Shown in pieces: positions 1 to 13,010 of a DNA stretch of 64,000 nt; positions within the stretch are counted from its first letter, which is position 1, and every line of letters begins with the position of its first letter. Position numbers and translations under genes: made by a program. Below the pieces are notes generated by a model. The model saw only the letters and a program-made list of their open reading frames with translations, searched no databases and was not told where the DNA came from. Source of the DNA: Hemiscyllium ocellatum (Eukaryota); contig NW_026867509.1 of the NCBI RefSeq assembly GCF_020745735.1, positions 2,146,537-2,210,536 on the forward strand. Direction: 5' to 3'.

Positions 1-487
1 TCATTTCCCGGCAAAAGTGTTTGGGTTTATTTTTAACTTTATCGGTACCACTGTGCTATCTTACTGTGCGTTGAAAAATTATTTGGCAGTTCAGCTCTGG
101 ATGCTTCATTATGACATGGAATCAGAGCAATTAAATGTCCTTAATTTGAAGTGAAATGAAGAAAAACAATTTTGAAAAACTCCTGAATGTCTGAGGCGAA
201 TGGCTCATGGACGGAGCCCAGCAGATCGAATTCAAATTTGGTTTGATAGGCACTGGAAAAATTAACGTATTCACATTCATTTACAAGTCTCAGTGGAGAA
301 CTGATCATCGTAGAAGCCAATGAAAGTACACTAAAGCAAATTAAATTGTTTGTTATAGAGTATGTTGTATTTAATACGTTTCTGCATAATTCTCAAACTA
401 AGTATCGCAGTTCTCTGACTGATTATGGATGAGAAAGTTACAGTGATATGTCAATGTTTAACTTAATAACCTTCTTTGATTTTCTAG

Positions 488-788
488 ACCATTGGCGAGG
501 AGACCCTGTTTCTCAGGCGCCCGGGGAGACCTCAGTAAATGTAAGAGTTGATAATCAATTGTTCTGCAATTGGTCTAATTCAATCAATGATGTACGTTAC
601 CTGTTTTGGTATCTTCAATATTCAAGTAGATGTTTTGGGACAGAGGGAGCACATAAAGTGGGAATACAGAAGAATTTCAAGAACAAAACGTTTTTCAATG
701 AAGTTCAATGAATCTAATCGAACTGTGCTTCTAACCGGTAAGGCGGCACTGCTGACAGACTTGTCATGTATGACTGCACACTACGAGC
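488..788 (+). pseudogene. TCR alpha/delta-type V segment, frameshifted pseudogene
   Basis: Acceptor tttctag at 481-487. Translation DPVSQAPGETSV...LFCNWS...YLFWYLQY, then in shifted frames RFSMKFNESNRTVLL...LTD and VMYDCTLR. Ends directly at a 23-RSS. Confidence 0.8.
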
Positions 789-827
789 CACATAACTGCA
801 GGATCATAGAGAACTTGTACACAAACT
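789..827 (+). other. 23-bp-spacer recombination signal sequence (RSS)
   Basis: CACATAA, 23 nt (ctgcaggatcatagagaacttgt), ACACAAACT. Confidence 0.8.
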
Positions 828-1734
828 GCCAGGCATGTCAGCGAATGTACAGATTGAGGTGTTGACAGGAGGTTAGTTAGCCGTCAATCCCACGTTCGTG
901 ACGATATCATGTTCTCCTAATTCAGATAAAGTAATTGTTTATTTCTGCATTAATATGCATTTCTATTTTTTTCAAAACAACAAAGTATGCAAATGTAGTC
1001 ATCATCATGAACAACTAAAAATGAGGAGCCAACTGCAATTTATGTAAGGAAATGTTGGAGTGGAAATAGAGACAGGCTTGATTTCTCAGCCAAGGGATCA
1101 CAGGCACCAGTTAAACTGCAGTAAGAGCAAAACGAATGTTTGTGCAGCAGTCCACCATTTATAGTTGTTTATTGAACAGGTCCGAATGGCATAAAAATTT
1201 GCAAGCATTGGCTGTGAAAATCAATACAACAATTGGATATGAAACAGAAGTAAGCCTTAGGCCCATGTATTCTGCTCTTCCATTCCAGTGAGATTATCGT
1301 TTATCTGAAAATCCTCAACTCCACTTTCGTATCTTTTCTCCATAATCCTTATTATTACTTAGTCATTACAACTTTGTCTGCCTAAGCCTCTACTTCCATT
1401 TGCAATACTTAATTCTGCCTGAGAGAATAAGTTTCTCGTTGTCTCTGATCAAGCTGGCTGTCCATTTACTCTGAGGTTGTGCCTTGTGATCCTCGACTCC
1501 CCCTCTCCAAGCGTTTATGCTTATACCCGATCAAGCACACGAAGAATTTACTATTTTCAATCAAATCGTATCTCATACCTGCAAACTCCAGAGAAATCAG
1601 TTCCAATCAATATCTTCTCATAAGACATATCTGTGATCAACCTCGTGATATCTGTCTTAATACATCAATTGCCCATATGTCTTTGGAAAGATTGCAGCAT
1701 CTGTCCCGGAAATGGAAACAGGAAATGTGAAGTC

Positions 1735-2015
1735 AGGTGTGATGCTGCAGATAGAAGCACACTGCCACATTTACTTTCATGGCACGGAGACAACGTGGTA
1801 TCAACCTGTTCATAAAGTCGACAAATTAAATTCCAGGCGTTTGTCTTTTCTAGTTTCTCTTTATCCCAGTACCTGCACGATTCCTGATGCGATTGCAGTT
1901 TGGACGAATGCACTATGTACAATGTGGATGTTCCTTAACTGCAGTTAGTCTGTACTGATTCCCCAGGCACAGCTGTTTGGAAAGCGAGAGAAGAGAGGAT
2001 ATCTTCTGAGAGACT
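1735..2015 (-). pseudogene. Heavily decayed V-segment relic
   Basis: Minus strand reads SEDILSSLAFQTAVPGESVQTNCS*GTSTLYIVH..KLQSHQE and later AMKVNVAVCFY. This fits an FR1 Cys and an F-strand remnant. No RSS recognisable. Confidence 0.35.
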
Positions 2016-2077
2016 CGAACTGTGTAGAATCAAATAATGCAACACCCAAACATTGTACATATGTAACCACACGTTAC

Positions 2078-2340
2078 TCACACACACACAAACAGACATG
2101 TAGGCATGCATGTATAGATATGCACGCAAATACACGTGAAAACATACACACTCACAGAGGCTACAAATTCAGGCATGCATGCACAAACACAGACATATCG
2201 ATGCACATATAGACAGACATGCGTGGATACACACATACACAGACACACACATAGAGACTCAGTCTGACATAACATACAATTGCAAGCATCATGCATGCGC
2301 ACTCGCAGATGCATACACGCAGACATGAAGACACGGAGTC
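2078..2340. repeat. Degenerate CA/TG-rich low-complexity tract
   Basis: Runs of cacacacaca/catgca/acatac; the overlapping ORFs are Cys/Val/Met-rich artefacts. Confidence 0.8.
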
Positions 2341-2884
2341 TCTGAACTTACTGAGCACAGCTCTTGTACATTTGTGTTAGCAAAAGTCGAAAGGAAAATG
2401 AGAAAAAAATGCACTTATGCTGAATAAGACAGCTTTTCATTAACATTCCGTCGTCTTCATATCGTGGGGTTTTGGAAGAGAAAACCCAGTTTCATTGTAC
2501 TAGTTTATGTTCTAAAATGCATTACCATTTTCCCCTGTTAATTGAACATGCTTTCTTTCGTCAATAAGTTTAGTCTGCAATGACCACAGAGAGATATGAA
2601 GGAAAATTGAAAGTGTTCCATTCGCGTGCCGCTGCTTAGAACGAACTGGAATCAGGGAATGGATAGTTGCGGATAGAAGTGCGAGTTTATTCTCGAGGCA
2701 GTGTACTGCGAACTGAGCTTATTCCAAATAATTGGAATTACCCAATTAAATGTCACTCAATTTTAAAAAACATTTTCACAATTACAATTAAAGATCCCTT
2801 AGAAAAGTGATTTAATGCAGTTATTTTCAAGAATTAGCTAGAAGTTGACGAACGGGCTTGAAGAGCTGCTCACAGATTAGTTTC

Positions 2885-3205
2885 ACACTGTCTGGACTGG
2901 CTTCAGTTCCGCACTCATGCGTCTGTCTGTGTTGAGTTTGTACATTCTCCCCCTGTCTGCGTGGGTTTCCTCCAGGTGCTGTGGTTTTCTGCCACAGTCC
3001 TAAGATGGATGTTTGGTGGATTGGCCGTGTTAAATTGCTCAATGTGTGCAGGGAAATGTAGGTTTGGTGGATTAGCTACAGGGAATACATGTTGACAGGG
3101 ACAGGATCGGGAATCTGTCGAGGTGGGACGCTCTTCAGAGGGTCACTGCTGACTAGAAGGGCTGGATGGCTTGCTCCCCTCACTGTAAGACGTCTATGAT
3201 TCTAT
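2885..3205 (+). mobile_element. HE1/V-SINE-type tRNA-derived SINE
   Basis: V-domain core gtctgtgttgagtttgtacattctccccctgtctgcgtgggtttcctcc...ccacagtcc and CR1-like tail ctatgattctatga. Confidence 0.8.
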
Positions 3206-3676
3206 GAACAGTGATTAATGGATACAAGAAGACTAAGAACAAAGTTAACTCCACTGGTACCACAAAGCAAACTGAACGTAAGATAAACTGGTCAGAAAAG
3301 TAGCAAGAAGCTCACAATAAACACAAGCAGAGATTTCAGAATTCTGAAGAGAGGGTTGAGGCTTTATGGAAATACAAAGTTCAGATCCATTTTCTCTCCG
3401 TTCCCAGGCATTATGCTGCATTTGCCTTTTATGTTTATCACTTTAATGCTTGGAATACAATATAAAATAATTTTGTCAGATTTACTGATCAGATTGTTAC
3501 ATAATGTTGAAAAAGAATTCGATCTTAAAGATATAGATGAAATCTTTCCAATCTTTCACACTTGCATTTTCTCTCTTTGGACTAATTTTAAATCGTCACA
3601 AGCTGCTGAAAGTTTAGTCAATCCACACGTCTATTCACTCAGCCCCAATCCATTCACTTCATCCGAATGATAGCAG

Positions 3677-3714
3677 TAGTTTTGTACAAGTCTCCCCCTG
3701 TTTCTGTCACCGTG
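3677..3714 (-). other. RSS of the 3715 V segment (22-nt spacer as counted)
   Basis: Minus strand: CACGGTG, acagaaacagggggagacttgt, ACAAAACTA. Confidence 0.75.
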
Positions 3715-4330
3715 TCTCTCAGCCCGCAGTAATAAACAGCGCTGTCAGACAGCTGCAGCTCATCGACGGTGAAATTTCCCTCGCTTTTTGAAGTGTCCAG
3801 AACTGCAGAAAATCAATCAACAACGTCTTCTGCTTTAAAAACGTCTCCTGACTTTGGTATGTAAATCACGAATGTGGAAGATTGTCCACCATCCTGATGG
3901 TACAGTTGTTCAGAACAGAAAGCAGAAGAGATCGATTATTTGAAATGAATTGTCGCCGAGTTTCCTTTCATCTGTGTCTCTGCAACTGGCTCCTGTGAAA
4001 CCCAGTCCATAAAATTAAGGGGTAAATGTAGGGGTATGAGTGGGTTGCGCTTCGGCGGGTCAGTGTGGACTTGTTGAGCCGAGGGGCCTGTTTCCACACT
4101 GTAAGTAATCTAAACAAATAACACCTGCTGGATTTATATCCGAAAAATCTTATGTTTTTACTGTTAAATTTCACAATCAATGTAGCAGAGCCTGTTGCAA
4201 ATGGAGCTAGTGCGCAATTAAAGAACAATATGCCATTTTCATCTGCAAATGTGCTTTCTTACATTTTGGGGAACTTACCAGTAAGGAGAGCTGCAGCAGT
4301 GAAGAACGAGTAACTAATAATCATGGACAT
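3715..4330 (-). pseudogene. TCR alpha/delta V gene (leader 4279-4330, V exon 3715-4124), pseudogene with two stops and a SINE insertion
   Basis: Leader MSMIISYSFFTAAALLT-G|gtaagt. V exon GVICLD[SINE]VSQEPVAETQMKGNSATIHFK*...YHQDGGQSSTFVIYIPKSGDVFKAEDVVD*FSAVLDTSKSEGNFTVDELQLSDSAVYYCGLR. Confidence 0.9.
4002..4110 (+). mobile_element. 5'-truncated HE1/V-SINE 3' fragment inside the V exon
   Basis: ggggtaaatgtaggggtatgagtgggttgcgcttcggcgggtcagtgtggacttgttgagccgaggggcctgtttccacactgtaagtaatcta matches the 3' half and tail of the other SINE copies. Confidence 0.85.
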
Positions 4331-6199
4331 GCTTTCAGAGCTGGTTGCAGGTTTGAACAGAGGGATCTAAGATGACTGTTTCAGCTCAGCGTTTAGATGA
4401 GGAGTCACATCGGTCGTGCTGCATGGCTAGCAGCGTCACAGTTGACATCCACTCAAATTTCTGCTGTTTTGTCTCACAATCCATGAGGTCTGGGTAAGGA
4501 ACGGGCAATGAGCTGAAATTGTTCTCACTACAATGAATGGCACAGAATAACGTTTATCAGAACTCTCCGCATTGATCGTATTATGCAATCATGTATCATA
4601 ATTATTATTAAACCAAATCGGGGCCGAGAATTGACCACTGCCTGAGTGAGGCAACATTTCTAAGACATGAATTAAAGTGATTTTTTTTTCGTCGTTTAAC
4701 AGAGTGAATCCTTGAGATGAGGCAATGACTGGAAACATTTAATGTTGTGCTGAAGATGGTGGCACAGGTTGCCTGTTACAAATGCTTGTCACTGATCATG
4801 AAGAAGGGATTTTTCTTTTAACAGAATGTCATAGATTCAGTACCAGTGAAAACGATCATTAGGTCAACATGGTCTTAATATGAGGTTGCTATTATGTTGA
4901 TAGTTCACAGTTTGAATTTCAGATCTGATTCACTGAGCAAAGCTGACAATTGCTGCTGCTTGTACATACTGACTATGCCGGTGGGGCCCAGTAAACGGCA
5001 ATTCTGTTGAGCCAGAGACATGAGATCCAGCGACATTTAAGGGGATCATTTTATTCTCTTGATCCAAGTAAATTCATCAGAGAATTCTGAATATGGCTTC
5101 CACCTTGATTCGGACTTTAACTCTTCAGTAAACATCTTGAAGATCCCCCACGAGAGAGATTGTGGAAAAAGAGAATCTGTTCTCTTGCAATGTCATTATA
5201 GATCAGTTTTCGGGTCCACACCTCCTTAGTCATTAATTCTAGCGGCTCTTAGGAGACTGCATGTAGGCCATTCGTTCATTGAAGAACATGCAGAATATCT
5301 GAAAAATATTTTTTGCGAATCTCAACCGAGAATTACATACTGATGGGTTTAGTTCACCGAACAGCATGATCATCATTCCGAGTAAAACACGGAGAGTACA
5401 CATGATTACAGTTGACCTTATAAGCAGTTCACCTTTACAAATATTTTGACTCTTCTAGTCTTCAGTTAAGGATGTAACTCGAATCAGAGTCAGTTTCGAA
5501 TTCTGGAAAGAAAATACGTTTCTCTACTCTGATTGTCTGTTCTCTCTGACATGGCAACTATTGTGCACCAAAGGTTCACTTGCTGATGAGTAAACACAGC
5601 TGACTTTGCCCAACCACTTTCTGCTGTTTCCAATTGCTATCTGTATGCGTCTCCTTTCCTTATTTCTTCTTCTTACTTTTCTGAGTCTTCCTCACTTAAA
5701 CTTTCTTTCCTTCGATTTCAACTGTTCTAACAAGCGACAAATGCATTATTCTTATTAATTAAGACGAATCGATAAGTACCACAAAATCTGCCTCATTTTC
5801 AATTCAGGAGAAATGTCCTCCAATTTATTCACGCCATCAATTGTTACTCAGTGGAATCCCATGCTTATTATAAGTTGCTGCACATTTCCAAATCGCAATT
5901 ATCATTTTTACGCTTTTGTGGACTATGCGTGCTACGGCAACTACAAACATTTGATTCGACTGAACCATGTTGCTAAGTTCACCATTTCAGAAGGCAATTT
6001 CGAGTCACGCACATGTGATTGGAGTGACATGCGTGCCATTCCAGATAGGGAGGTATCTCCCTTCCCCATAAGTCAGAATCTGGACATTCTTGTATTTTAC
6101 AACAATCAGTCATGGTTATCATGGTCACCATTCTTGGACTTTCTTTTCCATTCTAGAATTGTGATTTGAATTAAAGTTCCAACAGCTGCCCTTGTGAGA

Positions 6200-6505
6200 T
6201 TTGAACACTGGACAAACTGGTGCATTGTCCCATTGGCTATCTGTCGCACTCAACATATTCATGAACAGCTGAAAAGTATGTCGTCCCGGATTGAGATTCC
6301 CACTGAAATGTTCAAAACTTGGAGCCGTTCAGTTATATCCATAACGACTGGGTCTGAACAGATAGTGAGTGACTTGTCATGAATATCGACAATAACAGTG
6401 TAGTTCATACTGTACAGCTGTACAGGGTAACTGTGACCTATCGTCGACTCTTGACTCGTTACTGCTTTGGCCCCTTGTTCTGATTGGGACACTTTATATA
6501 TTACT
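6200..6505 (-). pseudogene. Decayed TCR-type V segment
   Basis: Minus strand VSQSEQGAKAV..., VTVTLYSC, and an FR3-like HFSGNLNPGRHTFQLFMNMLSATDS. Terminal YYC and RSS are eroded. Confidence 0.5.
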
Positions 6506-6540
6506 CATCTTTAAAAGTAATCAGCTAACGCCCAGTTAAT

Positions 6541-6860
6541 CATAGAATATCTACAATGTGGAAACTGGTCCAACAAGTTCACAATGATCATTCGAAGAGT
6601 TACCCACCCAGAACCATTCCCCACATTTAGCCCTTACTAACGTACCTAACCTATACATCAACGAACATTATGGGCAAATTAGCATGGTCAATTCAACTAA
6701 TATACAAATCTCTGAGTTGTGTGAAGTGACCAAAGCACCGAGAGGGGCCCTACGCAGACGTGGGGTGAATGTGAAGACGCCAGACAGACAAGGACTCAAG
6801 GCTAGAATCGAACACGGGTCCCTGTTGTTCTGAGGTAACTGAGCTAATTATTGAGCTACC
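6541..6860 (-). mobile_element. HE1/V-SINE
   Basis: Reverse complement of the SINE at 2885: tail catagaat, core cgcagacgtggggtgaatgtg, B-box-like gaatcgaacacggg. Confidence 0.75.
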
Positions 6861-7495
6861 CGCTGTATCACTTGCTAGCTAGGAGGAAGGGAAGATAGTT
6901 AATCACATGGAAGTGGAAACGGGAAATGTGCACAAGGATATTTAAGATTTAAGTAAAGCAGACCTCTTAACGTGGAGATGACCAGAGTCAGACAGAGATT
7001 AATGTTCAAGGTACACGTCTCGATACCATGAGCAGAAACCGAAAGAGCAATTACCGTTTGTCACCTGGAAGCAAAGAGTTTAAATCAGAAGTGAAATATT
7101 ATTTGATCGACTTGAACTCAATTGCGCCATCTATGTTAAATTTTCACCAAGTCACTTTTTGAAGAAGAGGCACCTGATCTCTATTACGTTTTCAGATAGC
7201 GCTGACCCGTGGTCGCAATGAGATGGATGAGACGCCAGAGCCTGTGAAGTGGACTGACCAGAGCTGGAAGTGGGATGGTAGGGAATATTGTTCCCATCTC
7301 ATCATTAGTCTCTTCTTACTTTAAATCTCACGATTTTTCTTGTGGAAATAATGGAGGCAAGTTCCTGATGTTCATGGGTGAGTTGTACCCGGAGGCTTGA
7401 GGTTTGGGGCTGACAAAGTGCATGGTGTGCGAGAAAATCGTTGTCATTGGCGGGGTGAGTTGCTGTGCCTGGTTATGAGATACAATGTTTGAATC

Positions 7496-7780
7496 ATAGG
7501 ATTCTTACAGTGTGAAAGCACACCATGCTGCCCATTGAGTCCACACTGATCCTCTGAAACAGCAGTCCATATGCAATAATAGATCAGCATTCCTCATAGG
7601 TAACCCACATAGCCTGCTCATCCTTGGATTGTGGAAGGAAACTGATATACTAAGAGGAACCCCATACAGACATGATGAGAAGGTGAAAACCCCACAAAGG
7701 GAGTCGTCAGAGAGTGGAATCAGAATGGAGGTTTATGGTGTCATGAGGCAGCAGTGCTAACCACTAAGCCACCGTGGCTC
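7496..7780 (-). mobile_element. HE1/V-SINE
   Basis: cataggattcttacagtgtgaaa...gaacccatacagacatg...gctaaccactaagccacc is the reverse-complement SINE. Confidence 0.7.
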
Positions 7781-10049
7781 CCGAGTTTACAAGCTGTACG
7801 AAGGAGTCATTTATTTGACAAAATAAATGGAGCTACAGAAGAAAATTAATAGATTTTATTAATATTTTTAAAAATGAAGGCATATATATGTATATATATA
7901 TATATATATATAATTTCGTAAAGCAATCTGATACTGCTATTCTGAAGAAAAGTTAAATCATTCACTTGAATGGAATGTGACTGTTGAAAATATCCAGCTC
8001 AGTTGTGATTAGTTCCAAGATTAATAGCTTCTGAATTTTAACCGAGCTGAATCTGAAGATCAGACTGCACATCTTCAAATGTCTTCAGTCAAATTTGCAT
8101 AGTCTTTTCTTACCTCATGTACCTTGCTGTGATCTTTGTACATCATGTCTGTCTCATTCTGGTGGCAGTTAATTTAAAATTCTATCCATCCGGCTAGGCC
8201 CGAACACGAGAACCATACTTTCATTAAGCATGATTATGCCATCAGAAACATATTCCAGTTTCTGCAACAATTTCTATTTTTCGTTTGTATTTCTCTTTTA
8301 TTTTCAATGAAGCTTTTGATATTTCATGCAAGCATTTTTAAAAATTTCTCACGGTCTTCAAATGTAATATTACAATCTTCAACTGCAACGCTCTTTATTT
8401 TCCAAACTCTTTGTTAATTGATGTGAGCTTGAGCAAATATGTTGGTTTTGTGGAAAAGGCTATGTGCTGTGCGATGCCAGTTGCACTTAAATCAGTCAGT
8501 GATTGATTCCCTTTGTGCCTCGTGCATGTGCGGAAATATTGAGTGAGCAGGCAATGGATGTAGTTAGGTGCTACATGGTTAATTCACGATTTAGGAGGAG
8601 ACGTTTTACACTTGTTCCTCTCAGTGTGTTCTGCGATTGTCACAAGAGGGAGACAATTTGAGTTGGAGTTGGAGTGACATCTTCACCATTTGTTCTCTGT
8701 ATCAGCCGTCATACCTTCTGTATGGGAACTGACTATCCCTTTTCAAGCTGTTTGCATTCGCTGAGATGCAGCTTCTGCCTTCCAGTCTCACTGAAGTAGT
8801 GGCGACACAAGCTAGTGAACTGACTGCGTGCTGGGAGACCTCTGTAAATTGCGACAGCGAGGTTTATGAATATCATGTTTCAATATCCAGCAGTCATTTG
8901 ACAATGCAGTTTTTTGTCGTTTGACTTGTTTTGGGCACACTGCACCGATGTTGGGATTAAAGTGGCAGTAGTAACATGCGTGCGAGACTGCATAAATGTC
9001 CTTTATAGTATCTTGACATCGATAACACTCAGAATTCCGGGCAGAATTTATATTGATTGAAACTTCCACAGGTGTTGAGAATGAAGAAGAATTTGTGAAA
9101 CTTCACTTCATAATGGAGCTTCAGAAATCTCACCTGTTTAACTGTCTCGCGGCTGCATTTATCAAAGCCATTTTGTATCACTGTTCTTTTAGAAAGATGA
9201 TGATCAAATGCATTCCCAGTGATGTGCAAAATTGTCAGCTGGCGATGCGATCTGTTGGGATATTTGTGGAATCGCAGGCAGACATACTCAATTCAAACTT
9301 AAACCATGAACAAATCAACTTAACCTCGAATCAAACAGTCAGCAAACTGCTTGTAGTGAAAGCTCAGAAAATGAACTTCAATCTCCATTCCTTCTGAAGT
9401 GCAGGCCAACGTTCTGTGTAATTTCCCTGTTCCCCATTGTGTCAACATTCCAACTTTATGAGACCGATGCAATAGGAGCCACAATAATGTCACCTCCTCC
9501 ATCCCCGAAAATCTCTGCACGTTTCTGAAATCGTCATCAATTTGCATAATATTCACCTTTGCTGTTATTTCAGATGTAATATTTCAGCTGCCAAGCTTTT
9601 GCCCTTTCACTCTATTTCCTTCCACAGTCTCGTTGTTTCATCATTACAACCTGTGTTCCAATTATTTTTCTGTCACTCGCCAATTTGGCGACAGTAAATT
9701 CTCTTTCCTTATTCAAATCATTGGTACATGTTCTGAAAGACTGAGGCCCCAGCATTGAGGTTTGTCGCACTGTAGCTCAGATTCGCATTCTGTCAGGGCA
9801 CGCACTGTCTTTTTTCAAGCGTTAGTGTACGAATAGTTAAGACACTGTCTCTCCATGCTAATATCTGCCTCTGATACTTTGACTCTTATTTTATTAAGTA
9901 TTCTAATTTGTGGTCCATTCTCAAACATGATCTGGAAATGCAAATGCATTTTCGAGCCAGCCCTTTTAGCCATTCTGCTTGTTCTCTGCTGGAAGAATTC
10001 CACCAAATTTGCCAGGCAGATTTTTCACTTCATTTAGCTCTGCTAACAC

Positions 10050-11100
10050 TGTATGACCAGCTACTTGTTACTAAATATTCTGGTGTTAAGTTCTTTTTAA
10101 TATATTCTAGCATTCTTGGAATCACAAAACTGCAGATCACATGGAAAATAAAGTGAATAAGGGCATTTGATGTGTTAAACATGAGGACTGGGTGGAATGT
10201 TGCAAGGATTTGTGAAATGCTACATCAATCAGAATACTACATCAATCGGATATAGAGCAATAGTGGGAGAAACATGATAGTTAGGTAGTATAATTACGTT
10301 ACGTACCAATGGCAGCATAATCAGGTTAATCAAAGCATGTGACATGTAAGTAAATGTTAGCGTGATGTGATTGGGTCAACCTTGGGCTAAAGTCCATTGT
10401 GGTTGATGTAATAGTAAATATCTAACTGTAGCATAATAGAGAAATATTAAGATTGGAGTAGGGAGACCATTGCGGCAGACGAAATAATAAATAATCATTG
10501 TGCTATGAATTAAGTTTGACGCAGAAAAAAAAAATATAGTGCAAGGAGTAGAGAGATAACATGGACTAAAATCATTAGTTTGTTGCATAACTGCTGAATG
10601 ATATCCCTGACTAACACAATTGGATATGCTGATAAACTCGAAGAAAGCATGATAAAATAATGTAAAATAATGGACACCGAGGTTCGGGGGCAATTGAGAA
10701 TTCGCTCCCTGGTTGTCATGACTTTTGTTTGCAACTAAAAAATCATTTTCTTGTAGAACTCTCCACGTCCCCTGGTAATTCTGTACTACAATCATTGGCC
10801 AATGGCTGCATTTGCTTTCTTTCCCCCATTTTGAATAAAGATCTTGAAACTGAGTCCAGAAGAATATCAACAAATAACGTTCGATGCAGTTACAGCTCGC
10901 AGAAGCGATGTTCAGAGATGCAACCATTTCGTAATAACTGAAGATGAGAATTAAAACAATGTGCACTGAGAAACATTTAATTGTTAATTCAGGATAAATT
11001 GAACAAAGCCTTTTAAAAGTATTCTGCAGGGTTTTGTTCTCGCTGCTTTGGAGCTGCAAGTAGTCAATGCAGAGTATTTTAAAATTAAGATGCTAAATAC
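10050..11100 (-). pseudogene. Decayed class A (rhodopsin-like) GPCR relic
   Basis: The 227-aa ORF has hydrophobic stretches with a DRY-like IERYLLI after a TM3-like segment and a TM5-like GLPTPILIFLYYATVRYL. Downstream shifted frames give ITLTFTYMSHALINLIMLP and LMFNTSNALIHFIF (TM6/TM7-like). Confidence 0.4.
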
Positions 11101-11799
11101 GTGCAGACATTTGTAAAATCTGTTTCTTCTATGTTCCTCATTTTTAAATAGACTGTTCCATACACTTTTCCATAAACTGACATATTTCTTTTCTTTTAAA
11201 AATAGTTTTCATTTTTATTTCAGCCCTGGAGTATTTTTTTCCCCAGGAGTGACAGCAAAGAGTTCACATTGACCTTATGCGTGATGTGATGCTGCCTTCA
11301 ATTTAAGTTGCCCAATGATTGAAATCCTAGGAGTTTCAACCTGCGCTAAAGCAATTGTGAATTTTGGTCATCAGAGGGTGACACTGTATCACTCGAATCA
11401 TAAGACAGAGAAATCAGGATAGAGACTGTGATGCTCAATAATTGATTAACATCCTTGCAGACAATTTATCTTCCACTGAAACTGCCATCCCTTTTTGTAA
11501 AAGGTTTAATTAGATTTCAGGACGCTGCAGGAATACATTTAGGAATCGGGAACTGATATCTCACCTGGCATGAAGTCAGACAGAAAAGAAACATTGACGG
11601 AAATATATAAACATGGAAACAAACTTACAGAGACACCAAAACAAATGTGGGCAGCAACAGAAGCATTCAAATATGGGCATTTAAACTAGAATTTGAAAGT
11701 GCATGTTTTGAAGGATATGCAGTTCTCAGCAATCGTATGTTGAAGGGACAGCTCAGGCCTCCAACACATCAGAGAGCAAGAAGTGCCTGTTGCATTAAT

Positions 11800-12170
11800 T
11801 TGCATATATTTCAATGCAAGAGGGCTGACAGGTAAGGCAGATGAATTTAGGGCGTGGATGGGGATGTGGATTGTAGGTATGGCAAAGGGAGTTTCATGAC
11901 TGGATGCTTAATGTGAAGTAGTACAAGTGTTTCAGGCGGGACGGAGGTGGTGGCAGAAGGAGAGTGCCAGTTTCATTTTTAATTAAGGTGAATATAACAG
12001 AGGTATTCAAAGATAGAATAACTGAAGGATCATTCAGTGAGACGTTGTGGAAGCAACTAAGGAAGAAGAATGGGATGATAACGTTATTTGGATTATAATA
12101 TTGGCCATCAAATGTTCAGCAGGCATTGGAGGAACAGATATGAAGGGAGACTGTGTAGACTTGCAGAAAC
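11800..12170 (+). mobile_element. CR1 LINE fragment (AP-endonuclease start)
   Basis: tgcatatatttcaatgcaagagggctgacaggtaaggcagatgaa is homologous to the CIYFNARGITGKADEL region at about 45340-45290. Confidence 0.75.
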
Positions 12171-12289
12171 AAGAAGGCTTTCACAGAGCTGAGAACATAT
12201 ACCAGTACAGCACAGTGGAGACCCTTCGGCACTCGAAGTTGTGCCAAACTTTAATCCAACTCCAAGATCAGATTAACCTACACAACCTT

Positions 12290-13010
12290 CATTGTGCTAT
12301 CTTCCATGTGCCTATTGAAGAGACTTTTAGATATTCCTAATATATTTAACTCTACTACCACTGCTGGCAGTGCAGTCCACGTTCCCACCACTCTCTTTCT
12401 AAAGAACCCAACTTTGATATCTCCCCTAAACCTTCCTCGAATTACTTTAAAATTATGCTCCGTCGTGATAGACATTTCCACCATGGGCAAACAGTCTCTG
12501 CCTATCTACTCTATCTATGCCCCTCAATGTCTTGTATATCTCTATCACGTCACTTTACACACATTTTTGCTCCAATCAGAAACGCCCTAATTCCCTCAAA
12601 CTTTCTTCATAAAACCTCCAGTGCAGAAATCAACCTTGACAATCGCTTCTGCACCTTCTCGAAAGCATCCACAGCATTCCAATATTGAGGCGACTAGAAC
12701 TGAATGCCATATTCCAAATGTGGTCTGACCAGAGCTCTATAAGACTGTAGCATCACCTCGTGGCTCGTAAACTCAATCCCACTTCTAATCGAAGCCAACA
12801 CATCGTACCCCCTCTTAACAACCCTGTAAACCTGGTTAGCAACTTTGGGGGATCTCTGGATATAGAAACTGAGAGTCCGAAATTCCACCACAGTACCAGC
12901 AATACTACTTTTTACCCTGTATTCTGCATTCAAATTCGACTTGCCAAGGGGAATGACTTCACACTCTTCCAGGTTGAACTCCACTTGCCAATTATCAGCC
13001 CACTTCTGTA
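12290..13010 (-). mobile_element. CR1 LINE 3' fragment (RT C-terminus)
   Basis: ORF 12694-12984: MEFN.E.CEVI..GKSN...EVMLQSYRALVRPHLEYGIQF. Confidence 0.9.

Noticed and set aside
5340-5580. Possible plus-strand V relic (VKHGE..., LSDMA-YCA-like end)
   Set aside because: Needs several frameshifts to read as a V, has no Trp motif and no RSS; too weak to call.
8915-9250. Minus-strand ...SHACYYCHFNP followed by an ACAAAAAAC nonamer
   Set aside because: Heptamer and spacer do not fit (about 25 nt) and upstream frames give no V framework; could be a relic but is unsupported.
9400-9450. J-like WGTGKL peptide on the minus strand
   Set aside because: No RSS upstream and no splice donor downstream.
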